64,000 nt of DNA from Balamuthia mandrillaris (GCA_031835245.2 JAVKOQ020000063.1:1-64000), one strand, 5' to 3'. Numbered from the stretch's first letter, positions 1 through 10,483 are shown. Numbers and translations are program-made. Notes: a model not told the origin generated them from the letters alone.

Positions 1-200
1 TGTTGATGGGGAATAACCCTGCGGATCAAGAAAGGGACGGCACGTAAGCGACTCTGGGTTTATTCACAAGAAAAGGGGTGTGGACCAAAGTGTGTGCTTT
101 GAATGTGTCGTGAGGAAAAGGGGAAAATAAAAAGGGCAAGAAAAATTGGAGGTATCGGGGAGAGTGTCGACAAGAAGTCATAATAGTTGGTTTTCCAACA
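1..200 (-). repeat. 3' LTR
   Basis: TGTTGA...CCAACA; identical to 5369-5568 except position 111 (T) vs 5479 (C); preceded on the minus strand by the purine-rich GGGAAGGCAGTGA (putative PPT). Confidence 0.97.
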
Positions 201-221
201 TCACTGCCTTCCCAAAGAGAA

Positions 222-2903
222 CTAACGCCGTTTGCGACGTTTCTTGGTCTTGGGGTACTTCTTCCCCCAGTAGGTGGTGATGGGTCGCTGGGAGCCGAAG
301 TCCTTGGCTGCAACCCAGGAGTTATCCGAGTCGGGGTATCCTTTCCACTTCACGAGATAGTAGCGGTCAGAAGGTGGGCCGTCATGGTCGAGGACCTTTT
401 CAACTTCGAAGTGCTTATCTTCAAAAGGAGTGTTGGGATCAACAAGCTTGAGAGCACTTGGAGGAACCTTGTCAGGGAGTATGTCGCCAGTGATGTCCTG
501 AAGGACGTAGGCTCCGTTGTTGGTGCAGTGGTGGATGATGAAGGGGCCGAGATATTTAGGATCGGTTTTGGAGTTTGCTGACGAGTTTTTCAGCATTACC
601 TTGTCGCCGGGAGAAAAATGGGTGATTTTGTTGTTGGCGTTGAAATACTTTTCTACGTTAGCGGAGTATTTGGCAACCTTTTCGTAGATGGAGGGGTAGA
701 CGATTTGCAGCATGACCTTGGTGAGAGAGGTGATCTCACGAGGAGTTTTAAGCTTGGATATGCTTTCAAAGTAGTTTTCTGGGTAGGAAAGAGGCCTGCC
801 GAAGAAGAGCTCAAAGGGTTTGGAGTCTGAGCGACGGGATATGCGCTGATTCAGGGCGAATTGAGCAATGGGGAGGAACGTGGACCAGTGTCCGAGGTCG
901 CCTTTAAGGGATTTCAGGAGCATGGATTTGGTGAGCTTGACGTGGCTTTCTGCAGCTCCGTTGGCTCGTGGGTGGTATGAAGAGATGAACCGGTGGTCGA
1001 AACCTGCCTGGTCACGTACTGCGGACATGATTTTGTTGACAAATTCAGTGCCGTTGTCAGACTGGACGATTTTGGGGAAGCCGAGTTCGCAGATGATCTT
1101 GACAAACTCACGGGAGACTTCTTCCGCGGATTTGTCCTTGAGAGGGCGGAGAATCGTAAAACGTGTGGCGATGTCCGTGATGATGAAGATGTATTGATAG
1201 CCCATGAAGTCTGTTTGCAAGGGGCCAGTAAGGTCGATGGCGATATGCTCGAAAGGAAAAGTAGCATGTATCGACTTGAGAGGGTGGAAGCCGAGCCGTG
1301 TGACGTTGAAGCGAAGGCATTCCTTGCAATGGCGTGCTGTGTTGTGGCAGTCATTGCGGATGTTGGGCCAGAAGTAACCTTCCTTAAGCACTTTGCGAAG
1401 GAGGCTTTCAGCACCTTCGTGGCCGATGGAGTGGAGTCGTTCCAAGATTTGTTGACGTTCGTTGGGTGGAGGAACCGTTTTGCTGAGAAGGTCCTTGATG
1501 AAGTCGTTTAACGTACGTGAGGGAGCCGAGAGTTGGCTGTCGTCGAGTTCGATGTTGTTGACTTTGGGTTTAGGGGCCAGAGTTTTGGCGCTCTGAGGAA
1601 CTTGAGGAACATTCAGCGGTGCATTGCCGAGGATGGAAGGAGCGTACAATCGCGAGAGGGAGTCCTCTAAGATATGATGAATGCCAGGCCGATGGAAAAC
1701 CTCGAAGTCGTAGTGAAGGATTACAAGAGCCCAGTGTGCGAGCATGCTGTTGAGGTCTTTTGCGTTGAAAAGATGCACAAGAGGTCTGTGGTCCGTGTAG
1801 AGTAGGAAGCGTCGGCCGATGAGGTAGTAGTGGAATCTGCGAAGCGCGAAGATGATGGCAAGCAGCTCTCGTTTGATGGAAGGATAATTGCGTTGAGCGG
1901 GGTTAAGAGCCTTGCTGGCGAAGCAGATGTAGCTACGCTTGCCGTTGTCGTCTTCTTGGTAAAGTACAGCGCCAACACCATGCTGAGAAGCGTCGGTGCC
2001 AACACGAAAGGGTTTGTCCCAATCTGGTGCGCTTAAGATGGTTGGACTGGAGATGACGCGCTTGAAAGTGTCAAGTGCTTGTTGACAGTCGTCATTCCAA
2101 TAAGGTCGGATATCAGGGACGTTCCGGAGAGGTTCGAGGGGTGCCGCGATCTCTGCGTAGCGAGGGATGTAGTCCCGAAGGAAGTTGGTGAAACCTAGGA
2201 TACTCTGTATTTGTTTGCCTGTGGTGGGAGTAGGTAAAGTAGAAAAGGTAGAGATTTTCTCTAGGTCAGGTAGGCGGCCATCTCTTGATACAATATGACC
2301 AAGGAGTCGCACTCGGGTATATCCAAACTGGCATTTCTCGAGGCGGAGGCGGAGGCCTGCAACAGTGAGGGCATCGATGACCTTGACGATGTCACTGATG
2401 TGCTGTTCCAGCGAAGAGGATTTGGTGAAGACCAAGATATCGTCCACGTAGTGGGAGGAGATGTCGATCAGGAGGCGAAGGGCGGCTGCGATGAAGCGGG
2501 ACATGACAGCCTGAACGTGCTTGACGCCGAAAGGTGCGCCTACGAACTTGAGCCGTACGCCATACCATGTGAAGGTAAGCTTTTCTTGGTGAGGTGGATA
2601 AACCAGGATTTGGTTGTAGGACCAGACGAGGTCCAAAAGGGTAGCCCATTTGAGGCCTAGAGCTCGTTCGATGAGAACTTTGGTGTCCTCGATCGGGTAC
2701 TCGTCATCAGCGAGGAGAGGGTTAATGCCACCAGGGTCAATACAGATTCTGACTTTCGACCATTTGCCATGTTCGTCTTTTTTGGGGACTGGAAGGATGG
2801 GAGAATTCCATTGGCAGTCGAGTGAAGAGAGTGCAATGACGCCGTGTCGGAGCCATTCGGTGAGTTGCCTAAAGACTGAGTTGTGATAGATCTCGGGGAT
2901 AGG
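222..2903 (-). CDS. pol: Pol: reverse transcriptase, RNase H, integrase, chromodomain
   Basis: WNSPILPVPKK, RICID, YVDD (RT); TDAS/RELLAI/YTDH (RNase H); H-x3-H...CKEC, IDLTGP, SDNGTEF, NGAAES (IN); YLGPF; FEVEKVLDH...YLVKWKGY...NSW (chromo). The frame stays open upstream of the track's TTG start to ~2940. Confidence 0.95.
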   Translation of the reverse strand, partial: PIPEIYHNSVFRQLTEWLRHGVIALSSLDCQWNSPILPVPKKDEHGKWSKVRICIDPGGINPLLADDEYPIEDTKVLIERALGLKWATLLDLVWSYNQILVYPPHQEKLTFTWYGVRLKFVGAPFGVKHVQAVMSRFIAAALRLLIDISSHYVDDILVFTKSSSLEQHISDIVKVIDALTVAGLRLRLEKCQFGYTRVRLLGHIVSRDGRLPDLEKISTFSTLPTPTTGKQIQSILGFTNFLRDYIPRYAEIAAPLEPLRNVPDIRPYWNDDCQQALDTFKRVISSPTILSAPDWDKPFRVGTDASQHGVGAVLYQEDDNGKRSYICFASKALNPAQRNYPSIKRELLAIIFALRRFHYYLIGRRFLLYTDHRPLVHLFNAKDLNSMLAHWALVILHYDFEVFHRPGIHHILEDSLSRLYAPSILGNAPLNVPQVPQSAKTLAPKPKVNNIELDDSQLSAPSRTLNDFIKDLLSKTVPPPNERQQILERLHSIGHEGAESLLRKVLKEGYFWPNIRNDCHNTARHCKECLRFNVTRLGFHPLKSIHATFPFEHIAIDLTGPLQTDFMGYQYIFIITDIATRFTILRPLKDKSAEEVSREFVKIICELGFPKIVQSDNGTEFVNKIMSAVRDQAGFDHRFISSYHPRANGAAESHVKLTKSMLLKSLKGDLGHWSTFLPIAQFALNQRISRRSDSKPFELFFGRPLSYPENYFESISKLKTPREITSLTKVMLQIVYPSIYEKVAKYSANVEKYFNANNKITHFSPGDKVMLKNSSANSKTDPKYLGPFIIHHCTNNGAYVLQDITGDILPDKVPPSALKLVDPNTPFEDKHFEVEKVLDHDGPPSDRYYLVKWKGYPDSDNSWVAAKDFGSQRPITTYWGKKYPKTKKRRKRR

Positions 2904-5320
2904 TACTGTTTGCGGAAAACAGGTTTGGCATCGCCGGTGTTAAGGTAAATTACACTTTCCGGAAGGGAACTGCTGGGGCCGTGAGGCACTTGCTGGTTGC
3001 GCTGGAGCGCGTCGTGGATGCCTTCAGCGATCTTTCGAGCAGTGTCGGGAGGAGGAGGAAGCTCAACACATTTGTCCTTGTCGGAAATGTTGGAGTCGTC
3101 TTCCTTGAATTCTTCTCGTTCGCTAGGAAGAGGATAACGCACAGGAAGGCCGAAAAGACCAACGCTAATGCGTCGCATGATGTCTCTTCCAAATAGGATC
3201 TCATGCTCACCTTGAAGAGGCATGATGAAGAAGTGGTGAAACAACTTGCGAGAACCACAGTCGATGCGGACGTGTGCCGCACGGCGGGTAACGTGGGTGG
3301 TGGACCTGTCGCCTAACATGATTTCCATATCGTCTATGTTGGAGATGATGGTGTGGTGGCATTTACAGGATGTTGGGTGGAGGTATCTTTCCGCTGCTGC
3401 TGGAGAGATGAAGGAGTGTGATGCACCAGAGTCTATGAAGGCTGTGGCGCGCTGACGGTTAAGGAGGATGGGAGCCGTGATGGGAGGTTCCACTTTGTCC
3501 TCGCAGTCGTCTTCTACGTCGTCGTCGTCGTCTGTGTCGAGACCTTCCACATGAATAGCTTCAGGGGTGACTACAGGGCTGGGAGCGTCCGTAGCAGAGT
3601 CAGAAGCGTTGCCAGGGTGAAGGAGGGAGTTAAGGTCGATGGCAGCAAGCTCTACGTTGCCTTGAATCTCCCAGGCGTGGCGGACTGCTTCCATGAACTC
3701 CTGCTTTGCGGTAGCGTCCAGTGCATTGGTGGATGGCTGGTTGGTGCCAGAAGGAGGCGGAGCCGGTGAAGGAGCTGGTGAAGGAGACGGTGACGAAGGT
3801 GGCAATGATGCCGAAGCCGGTTGCTGAGACGTTGATGTCTGCGCTTGGCTAGCGTTGAGTGCTGCAGGCTGGCGGGGTTTACACTGATGACCAGGATGCC
3901 AGGGCGCTGAGCACTTACGGCAGGTGTGTTTGTTGGAGGACGGAGGATGTCCTGATGATGAGGAAGAAGATGAGGAGGACCCGTTGTTGTTGCCATTGTG
4001 GCGTTGGCCGGTGTTGGCTTTGCTAGGCGTCTGGGTGCCGTCTTTCATCTGTTTAATCCGTTTACATTCAGCTGCTGAATGTCCGGATGTTGGGTGAAGA
4101 GGGCAGCTCGTACTAGAGGGAGCTTTGTGTGTGTAAAGATTAGCTTCAACGCTAAGAGCTATCTGTACAGCTTGGTCGTATTTCTCTGCGTTCCGCAAGA
4201 GTAGCACGTTGCTGACTGATTCCAGGAGGCAAGGGTTGAGACAGCGTTTCAGTGCGGCTATTTTCTGCGCTTCAGACGGCTGCTCAGTCATCTGTTGAAG
4301 GATGTTGTCTATCCTCTCGATGACCTTTCTCACCGGTTCCTTGGGTCGGTGGCTAAGTTTGAAGAACTCGTCATGGAGACGGGTTTGAAGTTCCGCGCTG
4401 CCGAAGTGGGTGGCGAAGAGGTCTCTGGCCTCGTGCCATGACAAGCGGGGTATAACTATATTGTTTTGTACCCAGTGGGAAGCGATCTTGGACCCTTGTG
4501 TGTATTTAGCGAGGGCCATGTTCCACATGCTGGGGTGAAGGTTGACAATCTGAAGGTTGTTCTCCAGTTGCCGAAGAAAGGGTTCCGGGTCGCCGTCACG
4601 CTCGGGGTTGTAAGCGGGTAGACCAGTCGGAATCTTGGAGGAAAATGAAGGAGAGTCCAGAGAGGTAGGTCGTGCCGAAGGGGAGAATAACGGGCGCACT
4701 GTGAAAGGTGTGTCAGCTGCACGGTAGGGTGTGTTCGCTACGTGGGGTGGGCTGTCGAAGAAGAGGCTCTCTTCGCCTTCTTTGACCTTCTCGGGCTCGG
4801 TGTGTGGTTGCCGTTGGGTTATGACTACCTGGTTGAGCTCGATGCGCTCAAGGCGGTCTGCGATATTGTTCACGATGCGGGTAAGGGTGTCGAACCGCTT
4901 GTCCACGTGTGTGATGGTGTTTGTGACGATTGTCTCGTGGCGCTCGAAGACGGACTTGTCGGTGCGCTTAAGGAGGACATCAACAGCTTCTACGAGGTAG
5001 GAGATGTTGGAGGTTTGATGCTCGAGGCTGTCGAGCCGTTTTGAGAGGTATTGTGGGTCTCTCTGCTCTGCTTGCTGGAGAGCGTGCTCCAGTTTCTGGA
5101 TGTATTGCTCTGCGGAGTAGAGCTCCCGTTTTGTGGCCATAAGTTGGGCGAAGATTTCATCCTCGTTGACCGGCTGGTGTTTGCCCAGAGATTCGAGGAG
5201 CTCGTCCCGTGTGACCTTGAGGTGTAGGATGGAGGCTTGCTCCTTTTCGATGAGAAGACGAAGTTCCGCGGGGGATAAATCGTCCCAACGTTGAGCGTCG
5301 CACTTGTCGTCGTCGCTCAT
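2657..5320 (-). CDS. gag: Gag-aspartic protease
   Basis: N-terminal coiled coil, capsid-like region, zinc knuckles CPLHPTSGHSAAEC and CRKCSAPWHPGHQC, protease motif FIDSGASHSFI...ILFGRD. Confidence 0.92.
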   Translation of the reverse strand: MSDDDKCDAQRWDDLSPAELRLLIEKEQASILHLKVTRDELLESLGKHQPVNEDEIFAQLMATKRELYSAEQYIQKLEHALQQAEQRDPQYLSKRLDSLEHQTSNISYLVEAVDVLLKRTDKSVFERHETIVTNTITHVDKRFDTLTRIVNNIADRLERIELNQVVITQRQPHTEPEKVKEGEESLFFDSPPHVANTPYRAADTPFTVRPLFSPSARPTSLDSPSFSSKIPTGLPAYNPERDGDPEPFLRQLENNLQIVNLHPSMWNMALAKYTQGSKIASHWVQNNIVIPRLSWHEARDLFATHFGSAELQTRLHDEFFKLSHRPKEPVRKVIERIDNILQQMTEQPSEAQKIAALKRCLNPCLLESVSNVLLLRNAEKYDQAVQIALSVEANLYTHKAPSSTSCPLHPTSGHSAAECKRIKQMKDGTQTPSKANTGQRHNGNNNGSSSSSSSSSGHPPSSNKHTCRKCSAPWHPGHQCKPRQPAALNASQAQTSTSQQPASASLPPSSPSPSPAPSPAPPPSGTNQPSTNALDATAKQEFMEAVRHAWEIQGNVELAAIDLNSLLHPGNASDSATDAPSPVVTPEAIHVEGLDTDDDDDVEDDCEDKVEPPITAPILLNRQRATAFIDSGASHSFISPAAAERYLHPTSCKCHHTIISNIDDMEIMLGDRSTTHVTRRAAHVRIDCGSRKLFHHFFIMPLQGEHEILFGRDIMRRISVGLFGLPVRYPLPSEREEFKEDDSNISDKDKCVELPPPPDTARKIAEGIHDALQRNQQVPHGPSSSLPESVIYLNTGDAKPVFRKQYLSPRSITTQSLGNSPNGSDTASLHSLHSTANGILPSFQSPKKTNMANGRKSESVLTLVALTLSSLMTSTRSRTPKFSSNEL

Positions 5321-5368
5321 TGTGGTGAGGTTGAACCGTTCTTGCCGCGAAGAGTTCGCTTAAAAAAA

Positions 5369-5568
5369 TGTTGATGGGGAATAACCCTGCGGATCAAGAA
5401 AGGGACGGCACGTAAGCGACTCTGGGTTTATTCACAAGAAAAGGGGTGTGGACCAAAGTGTGTGCTTTGAATGTGTCGCGAGGAAAAGGGGAAAATAAAA
5501 AGGGCAAGAAAAATTGGAGGTATCGGGGAGAGTGTCGACAAGAAGTCATAATAGTTGGTTTTCCAACA
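5369..5568 (-). repeat. 5' LTR
   Basis: 199/200 identical to 1-200; gag ATG lies 48 nt downstream on the minus strand. Confidence 0.97.
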
Positions 5569-6525
5569 AGCTCCGTTGTTGTCCAACCAAACATCTTCCA
5601 TTTGTCAAGAAGTTATGCCATAGCCATGCTCTTGTTCCTCTTTCTCCTTCAGCTGCATACTCCACCTTGGCTACTCGACTTAAGGCTTTCATCCTCTTGG
5701 CTTTCTTTTCAACAACACTCATCCCGTCACCTCCCTCACCTTCATTCTTCTTACCTTCCTCTCTCTTGCTTGGCTTACCTCTTCAATTAGCTCAAAGTGG
5801 CCATCTTGCCTCTCAGCATGATGAATTACTGCTTGTCTTTCCAACTCACAGTAGGCCTTGATGGTCAACCAGCCCAATTCTGCTCTATTCCACACAGCTT
5901 CAATCTTCTTCCACCATGATTTGGAAAGCTCTGTCATACATAGTCCATATGACAAGGTAGACTTGACAATAGCCTCTGCAGCAATCTGGGCAGTGCGTGT
6001 ACCAAGGCCTTGAGCAATGGCTCCCTGCTGCCTAAGGCTGTAGAGGGCTTGTTTGGCCTTGGTGATCCTCTTCTTGGCATGAGTTGTCCATCTCCCACTT
6101 TCTTCAAACCACAGTCCCAGGTACTTGGCTTCCTTCACACGTTTCACAGCCTCCCCCTTCAGTCTCCACTCTTGAAAATGAGCCTTCTTTCCTTGTACTA
6201 GCACCTCTGATTTCTTTGCATTGAACTGAAGTCCCAGAGTATTCACTGCCTCCACTGCTACATTCAATCTTCTCTGAAGCTCAAACGGATTGCTGGCCAC
6301 CACTGCCAAGTCATCAGCAAACAACAAGCAAACATTCCTTGCTTTATCTCCTCTTTCCTTCTCCTCTGCTGCTTGTAGCTTTCTTGCCACCACATCAATG
6401 TACATTGAACAAGATGGAGACAAAACTCCTCCTTGCTTAACTTTACTTTCCACCAGAAATTCCTCAGAGAGCTGCCCATTCATGTGAATAACTCTCATCA
6501 TACCCCGGTACCACTCTGTAATGAC
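5569..6525 (-). mobile_element. Non-LTR retrotransposon (LINE) RT fragment, copy 1, interrupted by the LTR element
   Basis: VKQGGVLSP, LLFADDL, KYLG motifs; near-identical to 7668-8272 apart from a 54-bp in-frame deletion and small indels. Confidence 0.9.
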
Positions 6526-6621
6526 TCTCCTTTCTTAGTAAACTTGTTCATTAGTTGTTGCCTCAGCCTTAGCCTTTGCTTGTGCCCTGGCCTCATTTTC
6601 CTTTTGATCCATTGTTCTCAT

Positions 6622-6859
6622 TGTTGGTTGAATCCAACCTTAGGAATAAAAGAGTTGGTGACGAGACAAGAAGTGTATTCAAGAGAATAGAGGAAGGACA
6701 ATGAGAGTGAATTTCCGACGTTGCTTCAAAGTACACCCCAAAGAAAGGGGAAAGAGGAGAAAGGAAGGGTGGGAGGATATAAAAGAAAGAAGAGCTGAGG
6801 GGTCCGGGACGGATCCAACATGAGGAGTCTTGAGATAAGTGTTGGTGATTTTGCCAACA
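6622..6859. mobile_element. Solo LTR of a second family
   Basis: TGTTGG...CCAACA termini flanked by the 4-bp direct repeat TCAT (6618-6621, 6860-6863). Confidence 0.75.
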
Positions 6860-7040
6860 TCATTTTGTGTTGAGGATGCCTGTCATTGGTCCCCTTTTAC
6901 TGATTTCATATGCTCTGATTCCTTCAGTTATCTACCAGTATATATAATGCAAATAAGCCACCCTGTGCCTCTGGGAAAAGCAAAAGGGGTGTCACTTTCT
7001 CAAAGAGTACCTTAATCTCACTCTCTATAAAGATCTTTAT

Positions 7041-8272
7041 TTAGTAGTAATAAAACTTTATTTGCTCTGAGAGCAACACCAATCTATACATAAAAAGTAA
7101 GCATTGTACATACATAGTGTACTCTTACTTCTCTTACTCCCTCATCCTCAATGCCTTCCCAATTGTTACTCAAATTCACAAGTGAAAGGTGTTGAATGAG
7201 ATTTCAGACCAACTTTGTATCATCTAGCTTTCCCTTTCCTTTCTTCTCTTTTCCTTGCTATTACATTACTTCCAAAGATTGATAAAATGCAGAAGAACTT
7301 CCATGCTTCCAACTTGCTCTTGCTGCCCATAATCTCCAGACTCGTTTACAACTTTGCTTACATTGTTCCATCTCTTGAGCTCTGTTGCATTTCTTTCCAC
7401 TTGACAGGAGCTTTGTTGTACAGTCTTCTATAATCAGCTTTCTGACTTGTTCTTCATTTCCATTGTCCACACTCCAGATTCTAAAGCGATCTTCCCAAAG
7501 GTTAGGACACCTTAACAGGAAGTGTTCCGCTGTTTCTTCCTCAGCATCACATGCAGGGCACTTGCTATCCTCCTCAGACTGCTGAATGGCTCCCACTTTT
7601 TTCCAAGGCAGTCCACCACAATGAATAGCATTCATCAAACGTTCTTTCCTTGGGTTGGTAATCACTAAGCTCCGTTGTTGTCCAACCAAACATCTTCCAT
7701 TTGTCAAGAAGTTATGCCATAGCCATGCTCTTGTTCCTCTTTCTCCTTCAGCTGCATACTCCACCTTGGCTACTCGAGTTAAGGTCCTCATCCTCTTGGC
7801 TTTCTTTTCAACAACAGTCGTCCCGTCACCTCCCTTACCTTCATTCATCTCCCCTTCCTCTTCACTTGCTTGGCTTACCTCTTCAAGTAGCTCAAAGTGG
7901 CCATCTTGCCTCTCAACATGATGAATTACTGCTTGTCTTTCCAACTCACAGTAGGCCTTGATGGTCAACCAGCCCAATTCTGCTCTATAAACCCCCGCCA
8001 CAGTCCTTTGATGAACTTGCAATACACTTCTTGCTGTCTCATTCCACACAGCTTCGATCTTCTTCCACCATGATTTGGAAAGCTCTGTCATACATAGTCC
8101 ATATGACAAGGTAGACTTGACAATAGCCTCTGCAGCAATCTGGGCAGTGTGTGTACCAAGGCCTTGGGCAATGGCTCCCTGCTGCCTAAGGCTGTAGAGA
8201 GCTTGCTTGGCCTTGGTGATCCTCTCCTTGGCATGAGTTGTCCATTCCCCACTTTCTTCAAACCACAGTCCC
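7041..8272 (-). mobile_element. 5'-truncated LINE, copy 2 (ORF C-terminus, 3' UTR, tail)
   Basis: CPAC-x7-H-x4-C zinc knuckle (CPACDAEEETAEHFLLRCP); 3' end CAAATAAAGTTTTATTACTACTA. Confidence 0.88.
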
Positions 8273-8794
8273 AAGATGGAATAAATTGTATTGACTTTCA
8301 TGTTTAATTTGCATTAAAACAAAATATGCTCAATTCATACAATATATAGAGGAAGCAAAGGGAGATCAAATGATGAGCATTTGATAACTTATCTGTCACT
8401 TGTGAATTTAGCTTTTGGGCGTCTTAACTGCAGTTCTTAGTGTTGTTGTTGAGGAAGAAGCAACAAAAGCAAGCCCTTGTTATAATTAACAATGCTTTAC
8501 ATAGCCCATGTTGAAGGCTTGTGTCAGCTATTGCCTAAGGCAGAGCAAATACTAAGGACTTACTTCCATTAACACTGACCATAAGAGCTAATTGTTGGTA
8601 CAATCACCAATACTTATCTTAAGATAGTTTGGTGTTGTTCCAGCTGTTTTATAAGAAAGGAGAAAAGGAGAGAGGAAGGATGAGGGGATACAAAAGAGAA
8701 TGCTGACATACCTGAACCACCATGTGAACAAACTAATGAAAAAGATATTCTCCTCACACTTCATTGTTACTGCTTTCTTTTTTACTATTGAGGT

Positions 8795-9236
8795 ATGGAC
8801 AATGGAAATGAAGAACAAGTCAGAAAGCTGATTATAGAGGACTGTACAACAAAGCTCCTGTCAAGTGGAAAGAAATGCAACAGAGCTCAAGAGATGGAAC
8901 AATGTAAGCAAAGTTGTAAACGAGTCTGGAGATTATGGGCAGCAAGAGCAAGTTGGAAGCATGGAAGTTCTTTTGCATTTTATCAGTCTTTGGAAGTAAT
9001 GTAAGCAAGGAAAAGAGGAAAAAGGAAAGGGAAAGAAAAGGATAGCTAGATGATACAAAGTTGGTCTGAAATCTCATTCAACACCTTTCACTTGTGAATT
9101 GAGTAACAATTGGGAAGGCATTGAGGATGAGGGAGTAAGAAAAGTAAGAGTACACTATGTATGTACAAGGCTTACTTTTTATGTATAGATTGGTGTTGCT
9201 CTCAGAGCAAATAAACTTTTTATTACTACTATTACT
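8795..9236 (+). mobile_element. 5'-truncated LINE, copy 3 (3' end only, inverted relative to copy 2)
   Basis: Near-identical to the reverse complement of ~7041-7470; ends AATAAACTTTTTATTACTACTATTACT. Confidence 0.9.
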
Positions 9237-9361
9237 CCAAAGTCTATGAAGCACAAAACCCAAGCCTTGCACCTTTGTTTGAAAGAGTGGGCAATGAAGC
9301 AAATCACCATTGGAATGTGTAACTAGAATGCAGCTTGATAGTAGAAACTATGTCAGGGCTG

Positions 9362-9403
9362 CTCAGAGCAAATAAACTTCTTATTACTACTACTACTACT
9401 ACT
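9362..9403 (+). mobile_element. 42-bp LINE 3'-terminal insertion with 15-bp TSD
   Basis: CTCAGAGCAAATAAACTTCTTAT(TAC)n flanked by ACTATGTCAGGGCTG at 9347-9361 and 9404-9418. Confidence 0.85.
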
Positions 9404-9423
9404 ACTATGTCAGGGCTGGACTT

Positions 9424-9705
9424 GACCACAATATGGCCAAGATAAGAAACATCTAAGCAGCAGAAGTTGTACATCATGGCCTTCAACTACATGTTGGCAC
9501 TACGGATATATTAGAGATGTTCTGAAGGTCAAAATGAGAGCTGAAGATGTAGACCAGACAAGAGACCCCTGGCTCTGGCAAGAACAAGGTTTGTTTCCAT
9601 GGCAAACTATAATCTAGCAAGGGTACTGTTCAAACCAAAAGGCATAGCTACAAACTTGAAGAGTCCATGGTGACACACAAAGGCTGTTTTCTTGATATCC
9701 ATATA
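9424..9705 (-). pseudogene. Decayed Ty3/Gypsy reverse transcriptase remnant
   Basis: DIKKTAFVCHHGLFKFVAMPFGLNS followed by a stop (~9700-9610) and DVSYLGHIV (~9453-9427). Confidence 0.7.
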
Positions 9706-10288
9706 GCTGGTATTTACTGGTGAGGCAATTTCAGACTAGCCAATCATTCATTATTCATGCAATGGTTGTTGTATAGTCAATCCAACACAGTTGATGTGGT
9801 GATGCATATAGCTCCAAGTATACGACTTTCAGATTGTTCATCTTACAACTTGGTGGTTATTGTCAAATGAAGATGTCAAAAATCCTGGACAAATTTTTAG
9901 AATGGCATTTTAGCAGCTTTTCCAAAATGGTGGTTTTTGTCGGATTTTCTGTCACAGCAGAAAAACTGCCTATATAAATTTAGCTGAGCAGAAAAACCAT
10001 TGATTTCCATCAATAAATCTACTTCTTTATCTCCTTGGTCAAGGTGACCATGGTTCTTTATCCTGAGCAATGGTGAGAGGGAAAGGTGAGGCAGCAGGGG
10101 TGTTTGTATATCATTAAACACTCAGTCAAAAGAAAGGCTCAAGAGCCATCTGCACTCCTCCCTCCTTTTGTTCTCTTGGTACGCAACAGGTAGGGCAAAA
10201 TGAACTGAAGTGAAGTGGTTCAGAGGGACTGCCATCTTGCTTTTCCTTGATGCACTTTGTTCATGTTTTGTTGGAAGAAGTTGGAAAA

Positions 10289-10483
10289 TGTTGGAAAACT
10301 AACGATTTGTTATCTATCACTTTCTTTGGATACCCCAAGTTTTCTCACCATTTTTATTTTCCCTTTTTCCTCATGACATGTTCAAAGCACCCACTTTGGT
10401 CCACACCTCTTTTCTTGTGAATAAACTCAAAGTCACTTACATGCCGTCCCTTTCTTGATCCACAGGGTTATTCCTCATCTACA
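10289..10483 (+). mobile_element. Degenerate solo LTR of the 1-5568 family
   Basis: Aligns by eye to the reverse complement of 1-200; TGTTGG...CTACA; flanked by AAAA on both sides. Confidence 0.88.

Larger units (their letters stand above)
1..5568 (-). mobile_element. Full-length Ty3/Gypsy LTR retrotransposon with chromodomain (chromovirus, Skipper-like)
   Basis: Two 200-bp TG...CA LTRs (1-200, 5369-5568) flank gag-protease and RT-RNaseH-integrase-chromodomain coding regions in Gypsy order. Confidence 0.97.

Noticed and set aside
26..313. Small ORFs overlapping the LTRs (also 5394-5594, 11310-11495)
   Set aside because: Incidental translations of LTR sequence; their similarity reflects the repeat
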